The notes beneath the pieces were generated by a model, which was not told the origin of the DNA, ran no database searches, and saw only the letters and a list, made by a program, of their open reading frames with translations. Position numbers and translations under genes: made by a program. A DNA stretch of 59,740 nt, counting the filler, from Nitrospinae bacterium RIFCSPLOWO2_12_FULL_45_22 (GTDB taxonomy: Bacteria; 2-12-FULL-45-22), in assembly GCA_001803565.1 (NCBI GenBank). It is 4 parts of 4 records of this genome, joined end to end, with 100 filler letters (N's around TTAATTAATTAA, not from the genome) between each part and the next. Parts side by side here need not be neighbours in the genome. Positions count along the whole stretch, not along the records: positions 1 to 15,805 come from MHDQ01000278.1; 3 more parts are not named here. The stretch is one strand, 5' to 3'. Below are positions 1-8,564 of the stretch, one piece after another (the stretch's first letter is position 1; every line of letters begins with the position of its first letter).

Positions 1-33
1 TAAGACCCAGCTTTTAATGAAAGAGGGCTTCAT
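1..33 (-). CDS. Possible 5' end of a gene running off the window (MKPSFIKSWVL...)
   Basis: ATG at 33 on the minus strand with a G-rich SD-like tract upstream, downstream of folD in the same orientation; only 11 codons visible. Confidence 0.3.
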   Translation of the reverse strand, partial: MKPSFIKSWVL

Positions 34-67
34 TGCCCCACCCCCGGAATAAAAACGTAAAGCTCAA

Positions 68-187
68 AGCAAGGCTTATCGTAAGACGTTAGGGGTAAGG
101 CGTGAGTAGAAATTTTTCTTACCCCTTACCCTCTTACTCCTTACCCCTCACGGTTGATTTGGCTGAAAGCTGATGGCTGAGCGCTCA
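68..187. repeat. Composite heptamer inverted-repeat element A (GTAAGGN / CCTTACN arms plus a GCTGANN arm)
   Basis: gtaagac gttaggg gtaaggc gtgagta ... ttacccc ttaccct cttactc cttaccc ctcac, then gctgaaa gctgatg gctgagc; overlaps the folD 3' end. Confidence 0.85.
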
Positions 188-1013
188 CTTGCAGCTTATA
201 AGCCGTTAGGGTATTTTTGAGGAGCATAGTTACGGTTAGAGGCCCAACCCCTCCTGGCACCGGGGTGATGTAGGAGACTTTATCCAGGACATTATCAAAG
301 TCTACATCACCCACGGTCTTCCCTTCTTTAAAGCTTATACCTATATCTATTACTACTGCCCCTGGTTTGACCATGTCCCGGGTTATCAGGCCAGATTTTC
401 CTACCGCACTAATCAGAATATCCCCCTCCCTGGTCACATAGGCTAATTCTTTGGTATATTTATGACAAACGGTCACGGTGGCCCCTTTATTTAGCAGCAA
501 TAAGGATAAGGGTTTACCTACAATATAGCTACTACCCACAATAACTGCATGCCGGCCAGCTATGGGGATGCTATTCCTTTCCAAAAGCCCCATTACTCCT
601 AATGGTGTGCAGGGTACTAAACCAGGATTAGCAGAGAAGAGCCGCGCTACATTATAGGGATGGAACCCGTCAACATCTTTAAGCCAGGAGATAGCCTCAA
701 TAACCCTGGATTCTCTGATATGTTCCGGTAAAGGTAGTTGTACCAATATACCATGAACATTTTGGTTTCCGTTGAGGTGCTGAATGATGCTAAGTAGGTT
801 ATCTTCCGGGATATCGCTGGGTAGGGAATAAGAATATGAGGCAATACCTACTTCTTCACAGGCCTTCTTTTTGTTCCTTACATATACCTGAGAAGCAGGG
901 TCTTCACCAATAAGGATAACGGCCAGGCCCGGGGGCTCAGGATAATGCTGGATTTCTTGCCTTATCTCTTCTCTTATCTGATCAGATAGCTCTTTGCCGT
1001 ATAAGATCGCCAC
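141..1013 (-). CDS. folD: Bifunctional methylenetetrahydrofolate dehydrogenase/cyclohydrolase
   Basis: Motifs ASQVYVRNKKKAC, GILVQLPLP, KDVDGFHP, PCTPLG, ITPVPGGVGPLT; GTG start. Confidence 0.97.
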   Translation of the reverse strand: MAILYGKELSDQIREEIRQEIQHYPEPPGLAVILIGEDPASQVYVRNKKKACEEVGIASYSYSLPSDIPEDNLLSIIQHLNGNQNVHGILVQLPLPEHIRESRVIEAISWLKDVDGFHPYNVARLFSANPGLVPCTPLGVMGLLERNSIPIAGRHAVIVGSSYIVGKPLSLLLLNKGATVTVCHKYTKELAYVTREGDILISAVGKSGLITRDMVKPGAVVIDIGISFKEGKTVGDVDFDNVLDKVSYITPVPGGVGPLTVTMLLKNTLTAYKLQVSAQPSAFSQINREG

Positions 1014-1020
1014 CGGGTCT

Positions 1021-1506
1021 TTATCTATTATAATGAAATGCCAGGTTCTGCCCTACTTCTTCAACTAATTCCTTCATAGCAAAAGGCTTCAGGATAAAAC
1101 CATCTGCCCCTTTACTAAGGGCATTTGCCCTTTCATCCTCGATCTTATCCCCACACATACCATAACTAGCCAGGATAATAGCCCTGGTCTGAGGATACTC
1201 CCTCTTTATATGGCGCAATAGTTTATAGCCGATATGTTCTTCTTGAATCTCCGGCAAGCAGCCTTTGATCTGTTCGGCCAATTGCCTTGATTCATAATCA
1301 CCACAGACAGAGATGTCTAATTCTAAGATGGCCAGATCAATCCTTTTAGTCCTAAAGAGTGCCAGCGCCTCTTCTGGATCACGGGTGCCCGCTACCGCAT
1401 ATGCTGCCTCCGGGTAAGTAAGCCCCAATAGTTCTTCTAAAGGCTCCATAAGTTTAGATGCCTGGCTATCCACCAACAAAACCTGAGTTTTTCTATCTAA
1501 CTTCAT
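1021..1506 (-). CDS. Stand-alone atypical response-regulator receiver domain
   Basis: VLLVDS...IDLAILEL...IILASYG...GADGFILKPF receiver pattern; phosphoacceptor position is Glu. Confidence 0.8.
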   Translation of the reverse strand: MKLDRKTQVLLVDSQASKLMEPLEELLGLTYPEAAYAVAGTRDPEEALALFRTKRIDLAILELDISVCGDYESRQLAEQIKGCLPEIQEEHIGYKLLRHIKREYPQTRAIILASYGMCGDKIEDERANALSKGADGFILKPFAMKELVEEVGQNLAFHYNR

Positions 1507-1528
1507 GCCCTCTAACCTCCTGATCAGA

Positions 1529-1714
1529 AGCTTTCAGTTGTCAGCAGTCAGTTTTCAGCCAAATCAACCGTGGGGCGTAAGGAGTAAAAAATCCGTAAGT
1601 CGTAAGGCGTGAGGAGAAATTCTTTTTACCCCTAACGCCTAACGCCCTCACGCTTTGTCCCTAACGGCTTACGATAAGTCTTGCTGATCGCTGAATGCGG
1701 AATGCTGACCGCTT
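1529..1714. repeat. Composite nested heptamer inverted-repeat element B, an inverted homologue of element A
   Basis: Outer arms tcagttg/tcagcag/tcagttt ... gctgatc/gctgaat/gctgacc; inner arms cgtaagg ... cctaacg/cttacg; 1553-1572 is the exact reverse complement of 149-168. Confidence 0.85.
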
Positions 1715-2220
1715 ATATTTAACCCTTCCAGCTCCAGTAGCCTCTTCTTTATCTCTACTCCGCCGGAATATCCTCCTATTTTACCATCAGAGCGGATTAC
1801 GCGATGGCAGGGGATAATGAGAGGGATGGGATTCTGCCCATTGGCTTGACCAACAGCCCGTTGGGCATAGTCTGATCCTATTTGTTGCGCTATCTCCTGA
1901 TACGACCTGGTATGGCCATAGGCAATCTTCTTAACCTCTCCCCATACTCGCCTCTGGAATGGTGTTCCTTGAGAGATGTCTAGCTCATACCCGGCAAACT
2001 CCTTCCTTTCGCCAGCCAGATAAGATAAGATACTCCTTTTTAGCTCTTTTCCTGACCCTGGGTCTTTAACTGTATGGGCTTTGAGGCGCTCCTTGAGCTT
2101 TTGACAAAACTCTTCCTCTCCTCGGTCATTCAATGATAACTGACATATACCCGTTGGAGAAAAGGCCATATATATCATACCAATAGGGGAAGCGAAATAA
2201 TTGTAATACACCCTTTTCAT
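1669..2220 (-). CDS. ogt: Methylated-DNA--protein-cysteine methyltransferase
   Basis: GTPFQRRVW, RAVGQANGQNPIPLIIPCHRV active-site motif; ATG at 2220 preceded by GGAGGT. Confidence 0.95.
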   Translation of the reverse strand: MKRVYYNYFASPIGMIYMAFSPTGICQLSLNDRGEEEFCQKLKERLKAHTVKDPGSGKELKRSILSYLAGERKEFAGYELDISQGTPFQRRVWGEVKKIAYGHTRSYQEIAQQIGSDYAQRAVGQANGQNPIPLIIPCHRVIRSDGKIGGYSGGVEIKKRLLELEGLNISGQHSAFSDQQDLS

Positions 2221-2345
2221 TATTAGACCCACCTCCTTACGGTTTATAATAGTCCGTGGGACAAACCATGTCAAATGGTAAAATGAGATGAGTATATGAC
2301 AAATGCCCAGAGATGAATGTTACGAAACATTAGCGGGAAATTTCC

Positions 2346-2374
2346 TTGACAACCCTAAAAACGATAGCTATAAT
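2346..2374 (+). promoter_or_regulatory. Sigma70-type promoter of the yceD-rpmF-fab operon
   Basis: Perfect TTGACA-N17-TATAAT ending 43 nt upstream of the yceD ATG. Confidence 0.85.
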
Positions 2375-2417
2375 CACCCATTCATTGATAAGTCCTCTGC
2401 CAAGAGGTGAGTAGCAG

Positions 2418-2963
2418 ATGAGTAATTTTTGGCTGGATGTAGCAGATTTACCCCAGGGTGGTCGGAAACTACAATATGTCTTTGATTTCAAGGGCTTAAA
2501 TAAGAGACTGGGTGATGTGAAGCTGGCTGCCCCAGTAGACTTTCACGGAGAGGTATATAAGTTTAATGAACAGGTTATCCTGAAGGGGGAGATATCATCG
2601 GTTTTAAGGCTGAGCTGTAGTCGCTGTCTGGAATCCTTTTCCTACCCTTTCCAGTCAGAATTTGTCCTGGATTATTTCCCAAAGGAAGAGGAGCTTCTAG
2701 AAGAAGAGAAAGAACTGGGAGAGAAAGATTTAATCGCCTCTCATTATACTAATAACCGAATTGACCTGTCAGCTACAGTAAGAGAGCAGATATTTTTGTC
2801 TATCCCGATAAAACCTTTATGCCTACCCCAGTGTAAGGGTTTATGCCTCGAGTGCGGCTCTAATCTAAATGTTTCTCATTGTGATTGTTTTACTGAGAGA
2901 ATAGATGATCGGTTATCAGTGCTAAAAAAATTAAAGGTAGAATTAAAAGAAAATAAAAAGTGA
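2418..2963 (+). CDS. yceD: DUF177/YceD family protein
   Basis: CSRCL and PLCLPQCKGLCLECGSNLN motifs; conserved position before rpmF. Confidence 0.92.
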   Translation: MSNFWLDVADLPQGGRKLQYVFDFKGLNKRLGDVKLAAPVDFHGEVYKFNEQVILKGEISSVLRLSCSRCLESFSYPFQSEFVLDYFPKEEELLEEEKELGEKDLIASHYTNNRIDLSATVREQIFLSIPIKPLCLPQCKGLCLECGSNLNVSHCDCFTERIDDRLSVLKKLKVELKENKK

Positions 2964-2975
2964 GAATGGATTAAG

Positions 2976-3158
2976 ATGGGAGTACCAAAGAGAAAAACTT
3001 CTAGAGCCAGGCGAGATAAACGTCGGACCCATAAAAAACTCCGGGTACCTAATATAACTCTCTGCCCCCAATGTCAGGAAGCGAGACTACCCCATCAGGT
3101 TTGCCTTAGCTGTGGCTTCTATGATGGGAAGCAGGTTCTAGAAGTCAAAGAAGGTTGA
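2976..3158 (+). CDS. rpmF: 50S ribosomal protein L32 (Zn-ribbon type)
   Basis: MGVPKRKTSRARRDKRRTH...CPQC...PHQVCLSCGFY. Confidence 0.97.
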   Translation: MGVPKRKTSRARRDKRRTHKKLRVPNITLCPQCQEARLPHQVCLSCGFYDGKQVLEVKEG

Positions 3159-4240
3159 AGATGAATGTCGCAGTTGATGCAATGGGTGGTGACTATGCCC
3201 CAGCGGCAGTAGTAGAAGGGGCGGTTTATGCCGCTAGAGAGGCCGGCCTCGCTATCACCCTGGTAGGCGATGAAAAGAGGGTCTTAGAAGAACTCAAGAA
3301 ATTTCCTCACGATAATCTCCTGATAACTATTAAACCCGCTTCCGACGTGATTGAGATGGGAGAGTCCCCTTCTTTAGCCTTAAGGAGAAAGAAGAATTCT
3401 TCCATAAAGGTAGCTATGGAATTGGTTAAATCGGGAGAAGCTGCAGCGGTAGTCAGCGCTGGCAATACTGGGGCAATCCTGGCTTCATCTATTATGATCC
3501 TTAAACCATTAAAAGGGATAGAGAGACCTACCCTGGCTAGCTTTCTTCCTACAGCCAAAAGCGGTCAGATGACTATATTGGTGGATGCAGGGGCTAATGT
3601 AGATTGTAAAGCCCATAAATTGCTTCAATTCGGCATAATGGGCCATGCTTATGCTCAATACATTTTGGATAAAGAGTCTCCTAAAATAGGGCTTTTAAGT
3701 ATAGGAGAAGAAGATAACAAGGGCAATGAAGCATCTAGAGAGGCATTCCAATTGTTTAACCGCTCCGGCCTTAATTTTATCGGTAATGTGGAGGCTAAGG
3801 AGGTCTTTCGGGGGACAGCCGATGTGCTGGTTTGCGATGGTTTTACCGGCAATATAGCCCTGAAGATCGGCGAAAGCCTGGCCGAGATGTTTATTAGTGC
3901 TATAAAGGGGGCCTTTTCCAGGAATCTCTTTTCTAAAATGGCTTATTTCTTTATGAAGACCCCTTTTCAGGAGCTCAAGGCAAAAATAGATTATTCTGAG
4001 TATGGTGGCGCCCCTCTGCTGGGCATTAACGGTATATGTATCATTGGTCATGGTAGCTCTTCCTCTAAGGCCATAAAGAATGCCATAATATTAGCCGCTC
4101 GGTTAGCAGAAAAAGACTTGAATGCCCGCATAAGCCAGGAGATAACCTCTCGTCTCGGTATCCAAACTGTCCCGGGGAAAAAATCGGCCTTTTTAAGCTG
4201 GATCAGACCATATCATCAGGGAGAAAAAGAAAACCTATGA
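3155..4240 (+). CDS. plsX: Phosphate acyltransferase
   Basis: AVDAMGGDYAP, VSAGNTGA, DAGANVDC, VCDGFTGN, YGGAPLLG. Confidence 0.97.
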   Translation: MKMNVAVDAMGGDYAPAAVVEGAVYAAREAGLAITLVGDEKRVLEELKKFPHDNLLITIKPASDVIEMGESPSLALRRKKNSSIKVAMELVKSGEAAAVVSAGNTGAILASSIMILKPLKGIERPTLASFLPTAKSGQMTILVDAGANVDCKAHKLLQFGIMGHAYAQYILDKESPKIGLLSIGEEDNKGNEASREAFQLFNRSGLNFIGNVEAKEVFRGTADVLVCDGFTGNIALKIGESLAEMFISAIKGAFSRNLFSKMAYFFMKTPFQELKAKIDYSEYGGAPLLGINGICIIGHGSSSSKAIKNAIILAARLAEKDLNARISQEITSRLGIQTVPGKKSAFLSWIRPYHQGEKENL

Positions 4241-5220
4241 TAAATGCAAAGATATTTGGGGTAGGATCTTATTGCCCGGAGCCGATTTTGGCCAATAAAG
4301 ACTTAGAAAATATAATAGAAACTACTGATGAATGGATCGTATCAAGAACCGGTATCAGAGAAAGGCGGGTCGCCCCTAAAGAAGAGATTACCTCTGACTT
4401 AGCCTTCAAAGCCTCTGAAAGGGCCTTAGCAGATGCTGGTATCAGTGCAGAAGAATTAGACCTGCTCATACTAGGCACTACTACACCAGATATGATCTTC
4501 CCCTCCACTGCTTGCTTTGTTCAGGCAAAGCTAGGGGCAAACAAGGCCGCCGCCTTCGACCTGGCAGCTGCTTGTTCCAGCTTCATCTATGCCCTGTCAG
4601 TAGCTAATAGTTTTATCAAAACCGGCTCTTACCGTACTATCATGGTCATCGGTGTGGAAATAATGACCCGGATAGTAGATTGGACTGATAGAAATACCTG
4701 TATATTATTTGGCGATGGGGCAGGGGCGGCTGTGCTAAAGAGGGCGGAGGATAATTCTAGCGGTATACTCTCGACCCATATCTATAGTGATGGTAATTAC
4801 ACTAAACATCTATATGGGCCGGGAGGTGGCACCCTTCATCCCGCCAGTCACGAAACCGTTGACCAGAGGCTCCATTTTATTAAGATGAATGGTAATGAGA
4901 TTTATAAAGGGGCGGTGAAGGCCATGACAGAAGCAGCCAGAGAAGCCCTTAGTTATAACAACCTCCAACCAGAGAATATAGACCTCTTCATACCCCACCA
5001 GGCCAATCGCAGGATTGTGGATGCGGTAGTAGAGAAATTACAAATATCTGTAGGAAAAACCTTTATCAATGTAGAAAAGTATGGCAATACCTCTTCTGCC
5101 TCTATCCCTATTGCTTTAGATGAAGCGGTAAAACAGGGTAGGATCAAAAAGAATGATTTAGTCTTGCTGGCCTCTTTTGGTGCAGGGTTTACCTGGGGCT
5201 CAGCCCTAATCAGGTGGTAA
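4237..5220 (+). CDS. fabH: 3-oxoacyl-ACP synthase III
   Basis: AACSSF, DRNTCILFGDGAGA, PHQAN, YGNTSSASIP, FGAGFTWG. Confidence 0.97.
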   Translation: MINAKIFGVGSYCPEPILANKDLENIIETTDEWIVSRTGIRERRVAPKEEITSDLAFKASERALADAGISAEELDLLILGTTTPDMIFPSTACFVQAKLGANKAAAFDLAAACSSFIYALSVANSFIKTGSYRTIMVIGVEIMTRIVDWTDRNTCILFGDGAGAAVLKRAEDNSSGILSTHIYSDGNYTKHLYGPGGGTLHPASHETVDQRLHFIKMNGNEIYKGAVKAMTEAAREALSYNNLQPENIDLFIPHQANRRIVDAVVEKLQISVGKTFINVEKYGNTSSASIPIALDEAVKQGRIKKNDLVLLASFGAGFTWGSALIRW

Positions 5221-5228
5221 TTTCTCTT

Positions 5229-6179
5229 ATGATAAAGACCAGATTATGTGACCTTTTGGGCATAGAATATCCTATTATCCAGGGGGGTATGGCCTGGGTA
5301 TCTACCGCAGAGCTGGCTGCCGCCGTATCAGAAGCAGGGGCGCTAGGAATCATTGCTGCGGGAAATCTCACGGCTGAAGAAGTCCGAAAAGAGATCAGGA
5401 AGGCTAAAGAACTTACCCAAAAACCCTTTGGGGTAAATGCCCTCCTTTTATCACCTTTTATTGAGGAGGTTATGGCGGTAATTATAGAAGAAGGGGTAGA
5501 GGTAGTAGCGACCGGGGCAGGCAATCCCGGCAAATATATCCCTGGACTAAAAGAAAAAGGGATCAAGATAATACCACTAGTAGCCTCGGTAGCGTTAGCT
5601 AAACGCCTGGAGCGACAGGGAGTAGATGCTGTGGTAGCAGAAGGGATGGAGTCCGGGGGCCACATCGGGGAAGTTACTACCATGGCCTTGGTACCCCAAA
5701 TAGCCCAGGCCCTTAAAATACCGGTCATAGCAGCCGGAGGTATCGCTGATGGTCGGGGTATAGTAGCAGCGTTGGCCTTAGGGGCTCAAGGAATACAGAT
5801 GGGATCTAGATTTGTCTGTTCGGTCGAGTGTACTGCGCACTCAGCATTTAAAGAATTCTACCTTAAAGCAAAGGATAGGGATACAGTGGTCACAGGATAT
5901 TCCACTGGTCATCCAGTAAGGATATTGAGAAATAAACTCTCGCGCGAATTTGAACGACTGGAAAGAGACGGGGCCTCACCAGAAGAATTGAATAAATTAG
6001 GGGAAGGAAAACTCAAGGCAGCAGCCGTTGATGGAGACATCGAATATGGGTCAGTGATGGCTGGCCAGATTGTGGGCTTGATCGAAGACATATTACCGGT
6101 AAAAGAGATAATACAGAAGTTAACCCAGGAGGCTGGCGAAATCATAAAATCCTTACCCCAGAATCTTATTAAGACGTAA
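5229..6179 (+). CDS. fabK: Enoyl-ACP reductase II (FMN-dependent)
   Basis: YPIIQGGMAWVS, EGMESGGHIGE, AAGGIADGRG, TGHPVR, MAGQIVG; located inside the fab operon. Confidence 0.92.
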   Translation: MIKTRLCDLLGIEYPIIQGGMAWVSTAELAAAVSEAGALGIIAAGNLTAEEVRKEIRKAKELTQKPFGVNALLLSPFIEEVMAVIIEEGVEVVATGAGNPGKYIPGLKEKGIKIIPLVASVALAKRLERQGVDAVVAEGMESGGHIGEVTTMALVPQIAQALKIPVIAAGGIADGRGIVAALALGAQGIQMGSRFVCSVECTAHSAFKEFYLKAKDRDTVVTGYSTGHPVRILRNKLSREFERLERDGASPEELNKLGEGKLKAAAVDGDIEYGSVMAGQIVGLIEDILPVKEIIQKLTQEAGEIIKSLPQNLIKT

Positions 6180-6256
6180 TTAGGTTAATAGGTCATCGGG
6201 TCACCAGGGGATTAGGTAACCTAATAACCCAATGACCCAATAACCCTATAACCCTA
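6180..6256. repeat. Octamer inverted-repeat element C between fabK and fabD
   Basis: ttaggtta ataggtca tcgggtca ... ttaggtaa / cctaataa cccaatga cccaataa ccctataa. Confidence 0.8.
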
Positions 6257-6260
6257 TAAT

Positions 6261-7208
6261 ATGACCATAAAAAAGATTGCCTTTATCTTCCCCGGTCAAG
6301 GTTCGCAATATGTAGGTATGGGGAAAGATTTTTTTGCTGCCTATCCGATAGCTAAAGAGCTCTTCTCTCAAGCTAATGCGATACTTGGATACGACATGGC
6401 AAAGCTATGCTTTGAAGGGCCAGAAGAAGAGCTAAGGTTAACTATCAATACTCAACCCGCTATCTTCTTAAATAGCCTGGTAGCTCATAGGATACTGGAA
6501 CAGGAAGGAATTCGACCGCAGATGGTTGCGGGCCATAGCCTGGGAGAGTATTCGGCCTTAGCAGCCGCTAACACTATTGGCTTTGCCGAGGCACTAACTT
6601 TGGTTAGGAAGCGGGGTCAGTTGATGCAAGAGGCTGTGCCAGCAGGTAAAGGGGCTATGGCTGCTATTATGGGCCTTGATACTCAAGCCGTGGAAAAGGC
6701 CTGCGCGAAGGTGAGTAATAAAAATAATGTTGTCCAGATAGCTAATTATAATTGTCCGGGCCAGGTAGTAATCTCTGGAGAGAAAGAAGCGGTAGAAGAG
6801 GCTATGGCTTATACTAAAGAGCTGGGGGCTAAAAGAAACCTCCCTTTGCCTGTTAGCGCTCCTTTTCATTGTCCGCTCATGGAGCCAGCCGAAGAAGGAC
6901 TCCTGGCTGAACTGGAAAAGATACCATTCAAGGACCCCTCCTTCCCTATTGTAGCCAATCTCAAAGGAGAGGCAGTATATACCGGTATAGCAGCTAAAGA
7001 AGCCTTAAAGAGGCAGATAACTTCACCGGTAAGATGGGAAGAGTCTATGCGGTATTTGTTGAGCCAGGGGATAGAGGCCGTAGTAGAAGTAGGCCCGGGC
7101 CAAGTCCTTTTAGGATTGCTGAAGAGGATAGACAAAGGAGTTATCGGGTTAGGGGTAGAAGGCACGGCTAGCTTGCAAAAGACTCTGCAAGCCTTAAAGG
7201 CCAGGTGA
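6261..7208 (+). CDS. fabD: Malonyl-CoA:ACP transacylase
   Basis: FPGQGSQYVGMG, TQPAI, GHSLGEY, ANYNCPGQ, VSAPFH. Confidence 0.97.
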   Translation: MTIKKIAFIFPGQGSQYVGMGKDFFAAYPIAKELFSQANAILGYDMAKLCFEGPEEELRLTINTQPAIFLNSLVAHRILEQEGIRPQMVAGHSLGEYSALAAANTIGFAEALTLVRKRGQLMQEAVPAGKGAMAAIMGLDTQAVEKACAKVSNKNNVVQIANYNCPGQVVISGEKEAVEEAMAYTKELGAKRNLPLPVSAPFHCPLMEPAEEGLLAELEKIPFKDPSFPIVANLKGEAVYTGIAAKEALKRQITSPVRWEESMRYLLSQGIEAVVEVGPGQVLLGLLKRIDKGVIGLGVEGTASLQKTLQALKAR

Positions 7209-7336
7209 TTAGGTCATTACGTTATTACGTGATTCCGTCATTGGGTTATTAGGTCATTGGGTAATTAAATCACCCAATAACGTAGTGACCCAATGACCTA
7301 ATCACCGTTGTTGCTGAGGGCTGATTGCTGAAGGCT
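7204..7336. repeat. Octamer inverted-repeat element D plus an orphan GCTGANN heptamer arm between fabD and fabG
   Basis: 7204-7218 ggtgattaggtcatt is the exact reverse complement of 7292-7306; 8-nt periodicity in the arms; gctgagg gctgatt gctgaag at 7313-7336; contains the fabD TGA. Confidence 0.85.
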
Positions 7337-7342
7337 TGAGAT

Positions 7343-8083
7343 ATGGTATTGGAAGGACAAGTAGCGATAGTTACGGGTGCAGCCCAGGGGATCGGTCGGG
7401 CTATTGCCCAGACATTGATCCAGGAGGGGGCTAATATTGTCCTCTCTGATATAAACCTTCCTAAGGCGGAAGAGACTGCTCAAGAGATCAGCGCTCTGGG
7501 TAGTGAAGTATTGGTTATTAAGGCCGATGTAGCAATACCTGAAGAGGCAGAACAGTTAGTCCATAGGGCTTTGGAGAAATGGGCTAGAGTAGATATCCTG
7601 GTAAATAATGCTGGTGTCACTAAAGATGCCCTGGTACTGCGGATGAGAAAAGAGGACTGGGATTATGTCCTAAATATTAATTTAACCGGCACTTTTAATT
7701 GTACTAAGGCATCAGTAAAGCCCATGATGAAACAGCACCGGGGTAAGATTGTCAATATATCTTCTGTAGTAGGGGTTATGGGGAATGCCGGGCAGAGCAA
7801 TTATGCTGCCTCTAAGGCCGGGATAATTGGCCTGACCAAATCCCTTGCCCGCGAGTTAGCTCCCAGGAACATAAATGTTAATGCCATTGCCCCGGGGTTT
7901 ATTGATACCGATATGACCCGGGGGTTACCGAAAGAAATAAAGGATAATATGATGAGCCAAATACCTATGGGCAGATTAGGTATACCGGAAGATATCGCTC
8001 ATTGTGTAAAGTTCTTGGTCTCAGAAGAGGCCAGTTATATAACCGGGCAGGTTATCCATGTAAACGGCGGGATGTATACCTAG
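7343..8083 (+). CDS. fabG: 3-oxoacyl-ACP reductase
   Basis: TGAAQGIG, NNAGVTKD, GNAGQSNYAASKAG, PGFIDTDMT, YITGQVIHVNGG. Confidence 0.97.
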   Translation: MVLEGQVAIVTGAAQGIGRAIAQTLIQEGANIVLSDINLPKAEETAQEISALGSEVLVIKADVAIPEEAEQLVHRALEKWARVDILVNNAGVTKDALVLRMRKEDWDYVLNINLTGTFNCTKASVKPMMKQHRGKIVNISSVVGVMGNAGQSNYAASKAGIIGLTKSLARELAPRNINVNAIAPGFIDTDMTRGLPKEIKDNMMSQIPMGRLGIPEDIAHCVKFLVSEEASYITGQVIHVNGGMYT

Positions 8084-8102
8084 ATAAGGAGGTGAGGATA
8101 AA

Positions 8103-8339
8103 TTGGCCACGATAGAAGAGAGGGTTATAAATCTTATTGTAGAGCAGTTGGGGGTTAGTCAAGATGAAATAACCTCAGAAGCCTCGTTTATTGAAGACCT
8201 GGGGGCAGATTCTCTGGATACGGTAGAATTAGTCATGGCTTTTGAAGAAGAATTTGATATAGAAATTCCAGATGAAGAGGCCGAAAAGATCGTGCGGGTT
8301 AAGGATGCCATCAATTACATCAAAACCCATGCTTCTTAG
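8103..8339 (+). CDS. acpP: Acyl carrier protein
   Basis: [23 protein letters not shown] start after AAGGAGGTGA. Confidence 0.97.
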   Translation: MATIEERVINLIVEQLGVSQDEITSEASFIEDLGADSLDTVELVMAFEEEFDIEIPDEEAEKIVRVKDAINYIKTHAS

Positions 8340-8489
8340 TTAAACCCTAAATCCTAAATAAAGTCAAATGACCCGTGACCTTTAACCGTGAGGCCTAGCC
8401 AACGGACACGAAACACGGACACGGAGTTTTGAGATTTGGATTTAGAATTTTGATATTGTTTCGGATTTAGTGCTTAGGATTTAGAATTT
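8340..8489. repeat. Nested repeat element E between acpP and fabF
   Basis: Outer aaaccct aaatcct aaa ... tttgga tttagaa ... tttcgga tttagtg cttagga tttagaa; inner ccgtga..ccgtga / cacgaaa cacgga cacgga. Confidence 0.8.
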
Positions 8490-8564
8490 GTCAGCCGGGC
8501 TTGCTTTCATTAAATGTGACATTGTCAGGTTGAAGAAACAGAAATGATAAAGGGGTGATTTTTT

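Noticed and set aside
2270-2320. Weak AAATG-periodic tract upstream of the yceD promoter
   Set aside because: Too degenerate and has no complementary arm, so it is not counted among the hairpin elements
6180-8489. CRISPR array interpretation of the repeat tracts (also 18332-18500)
   Set aside because: Units are 6-10 nt, degenerate and contiguous with no unique spacers; no cas genes in the window
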